Of a stretch of 64,000 bases of DNA, positions 63,546-64,000 are shown piece by piece. The stretch is from Chiloscyllium plagiosum (lineage: Eukaryota). Numbering within the stretch: the stretch's first letter is position 1; every line of letters starts with the position of its first letter. The stretch lies in NCBI RefSeq assembly GCF_004010195.1, contig NC_057711.1, positions 81,481,366 to 81,545,365 on the forward strand. Direction: 5' to 3'. The notes beneath the pieces are model-generated. The model was not told the origin of the DNA. It ran no database searches and was given only the letters and a program-made list of their open reading frames with translations. The position numbers and the translations under genes were made by a program.

Positions 63546-64000
63546 TTTTTGAAAAAGACCAGTTTATTCCTACTCTTGGTATCCTGTCTGCCACACAGCT
63601 CTCTATTCATGTCAGTATCGTTAAAAGATTTACATGCTCAGTATGCTGATGCTGCTTCCCTGTGTTATTTACACGAGTATCTTTCCTTATCTTTCTGACC
63701 AAATGGACATTTCCCTCCTTCAGCAGTTAAATAGAGACCTCCTGCATCATTACAAAAGAAAATTAACAATTTCTATAATCTCACAGCCTAATGGATAATC
63801 TCCAGTTTTTGTCCCATTTTTACCAAATAAGTCCTGCTTCCTATGGCTTTAAAGATTAAAGCCATTTACTTAAAAGCTTTCCTTATATGATTCATACTGT
63901 CCATATTGCTTCCAATAATGTCCATTGCCTTTAAATTTCAATGAAGGTTCCATTCACTTTAACTGCTTGACCAAATGAACACATTCTTCTTGCCTTAACT

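Overview
Eukaryotic, AT-rich, repeat-dense vertebrate DNA, almost certainly cartilaginous fish (shark). That call rests on many HE1-type V-SINEs, HER1/CR1 LINE 3' ends and SacSINE1-type Deu-SINEs. No intact, recognisable host protein-coding gene is visible, so the window looks intronic or intergenic. Nearly all listed ORFs are decayed transposon ORFs or by-products of tandem repeats. Content: many CR1/L2 fragments, about 8 tRNA-derived SINEs, two decayed Gypsy LTR elements, three Vingi/I-like LINE relics, Harbinger and Tc1/mariner-type DNA transposon relics, about 9 Penelope-like (PLE) insertions whose inverted ends carry minimal hammerhead ribozyme cores, and a 181-N assembly gap. Most notable observations: (i) three non-coding retroposon-like elements with similar LINE-like 3' tails and a large internal GC-rich VNTR, two of them also starting with TTCCAAGATGG (an SVA-like architecture); the VNTR of one copy is an array of Pol III B-box-like motifs; (ii) a perfect 92-bp palindrome carrying two intact hammerhead cores back to back; (iii) a tRNA-Glu 3' half fused to a 5'-truncated CR1; (iv) short perfect templated duplications resembling DNA-repair scars. 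All family names come from motif recognition by eye, and coordinates of old elements are approximate.
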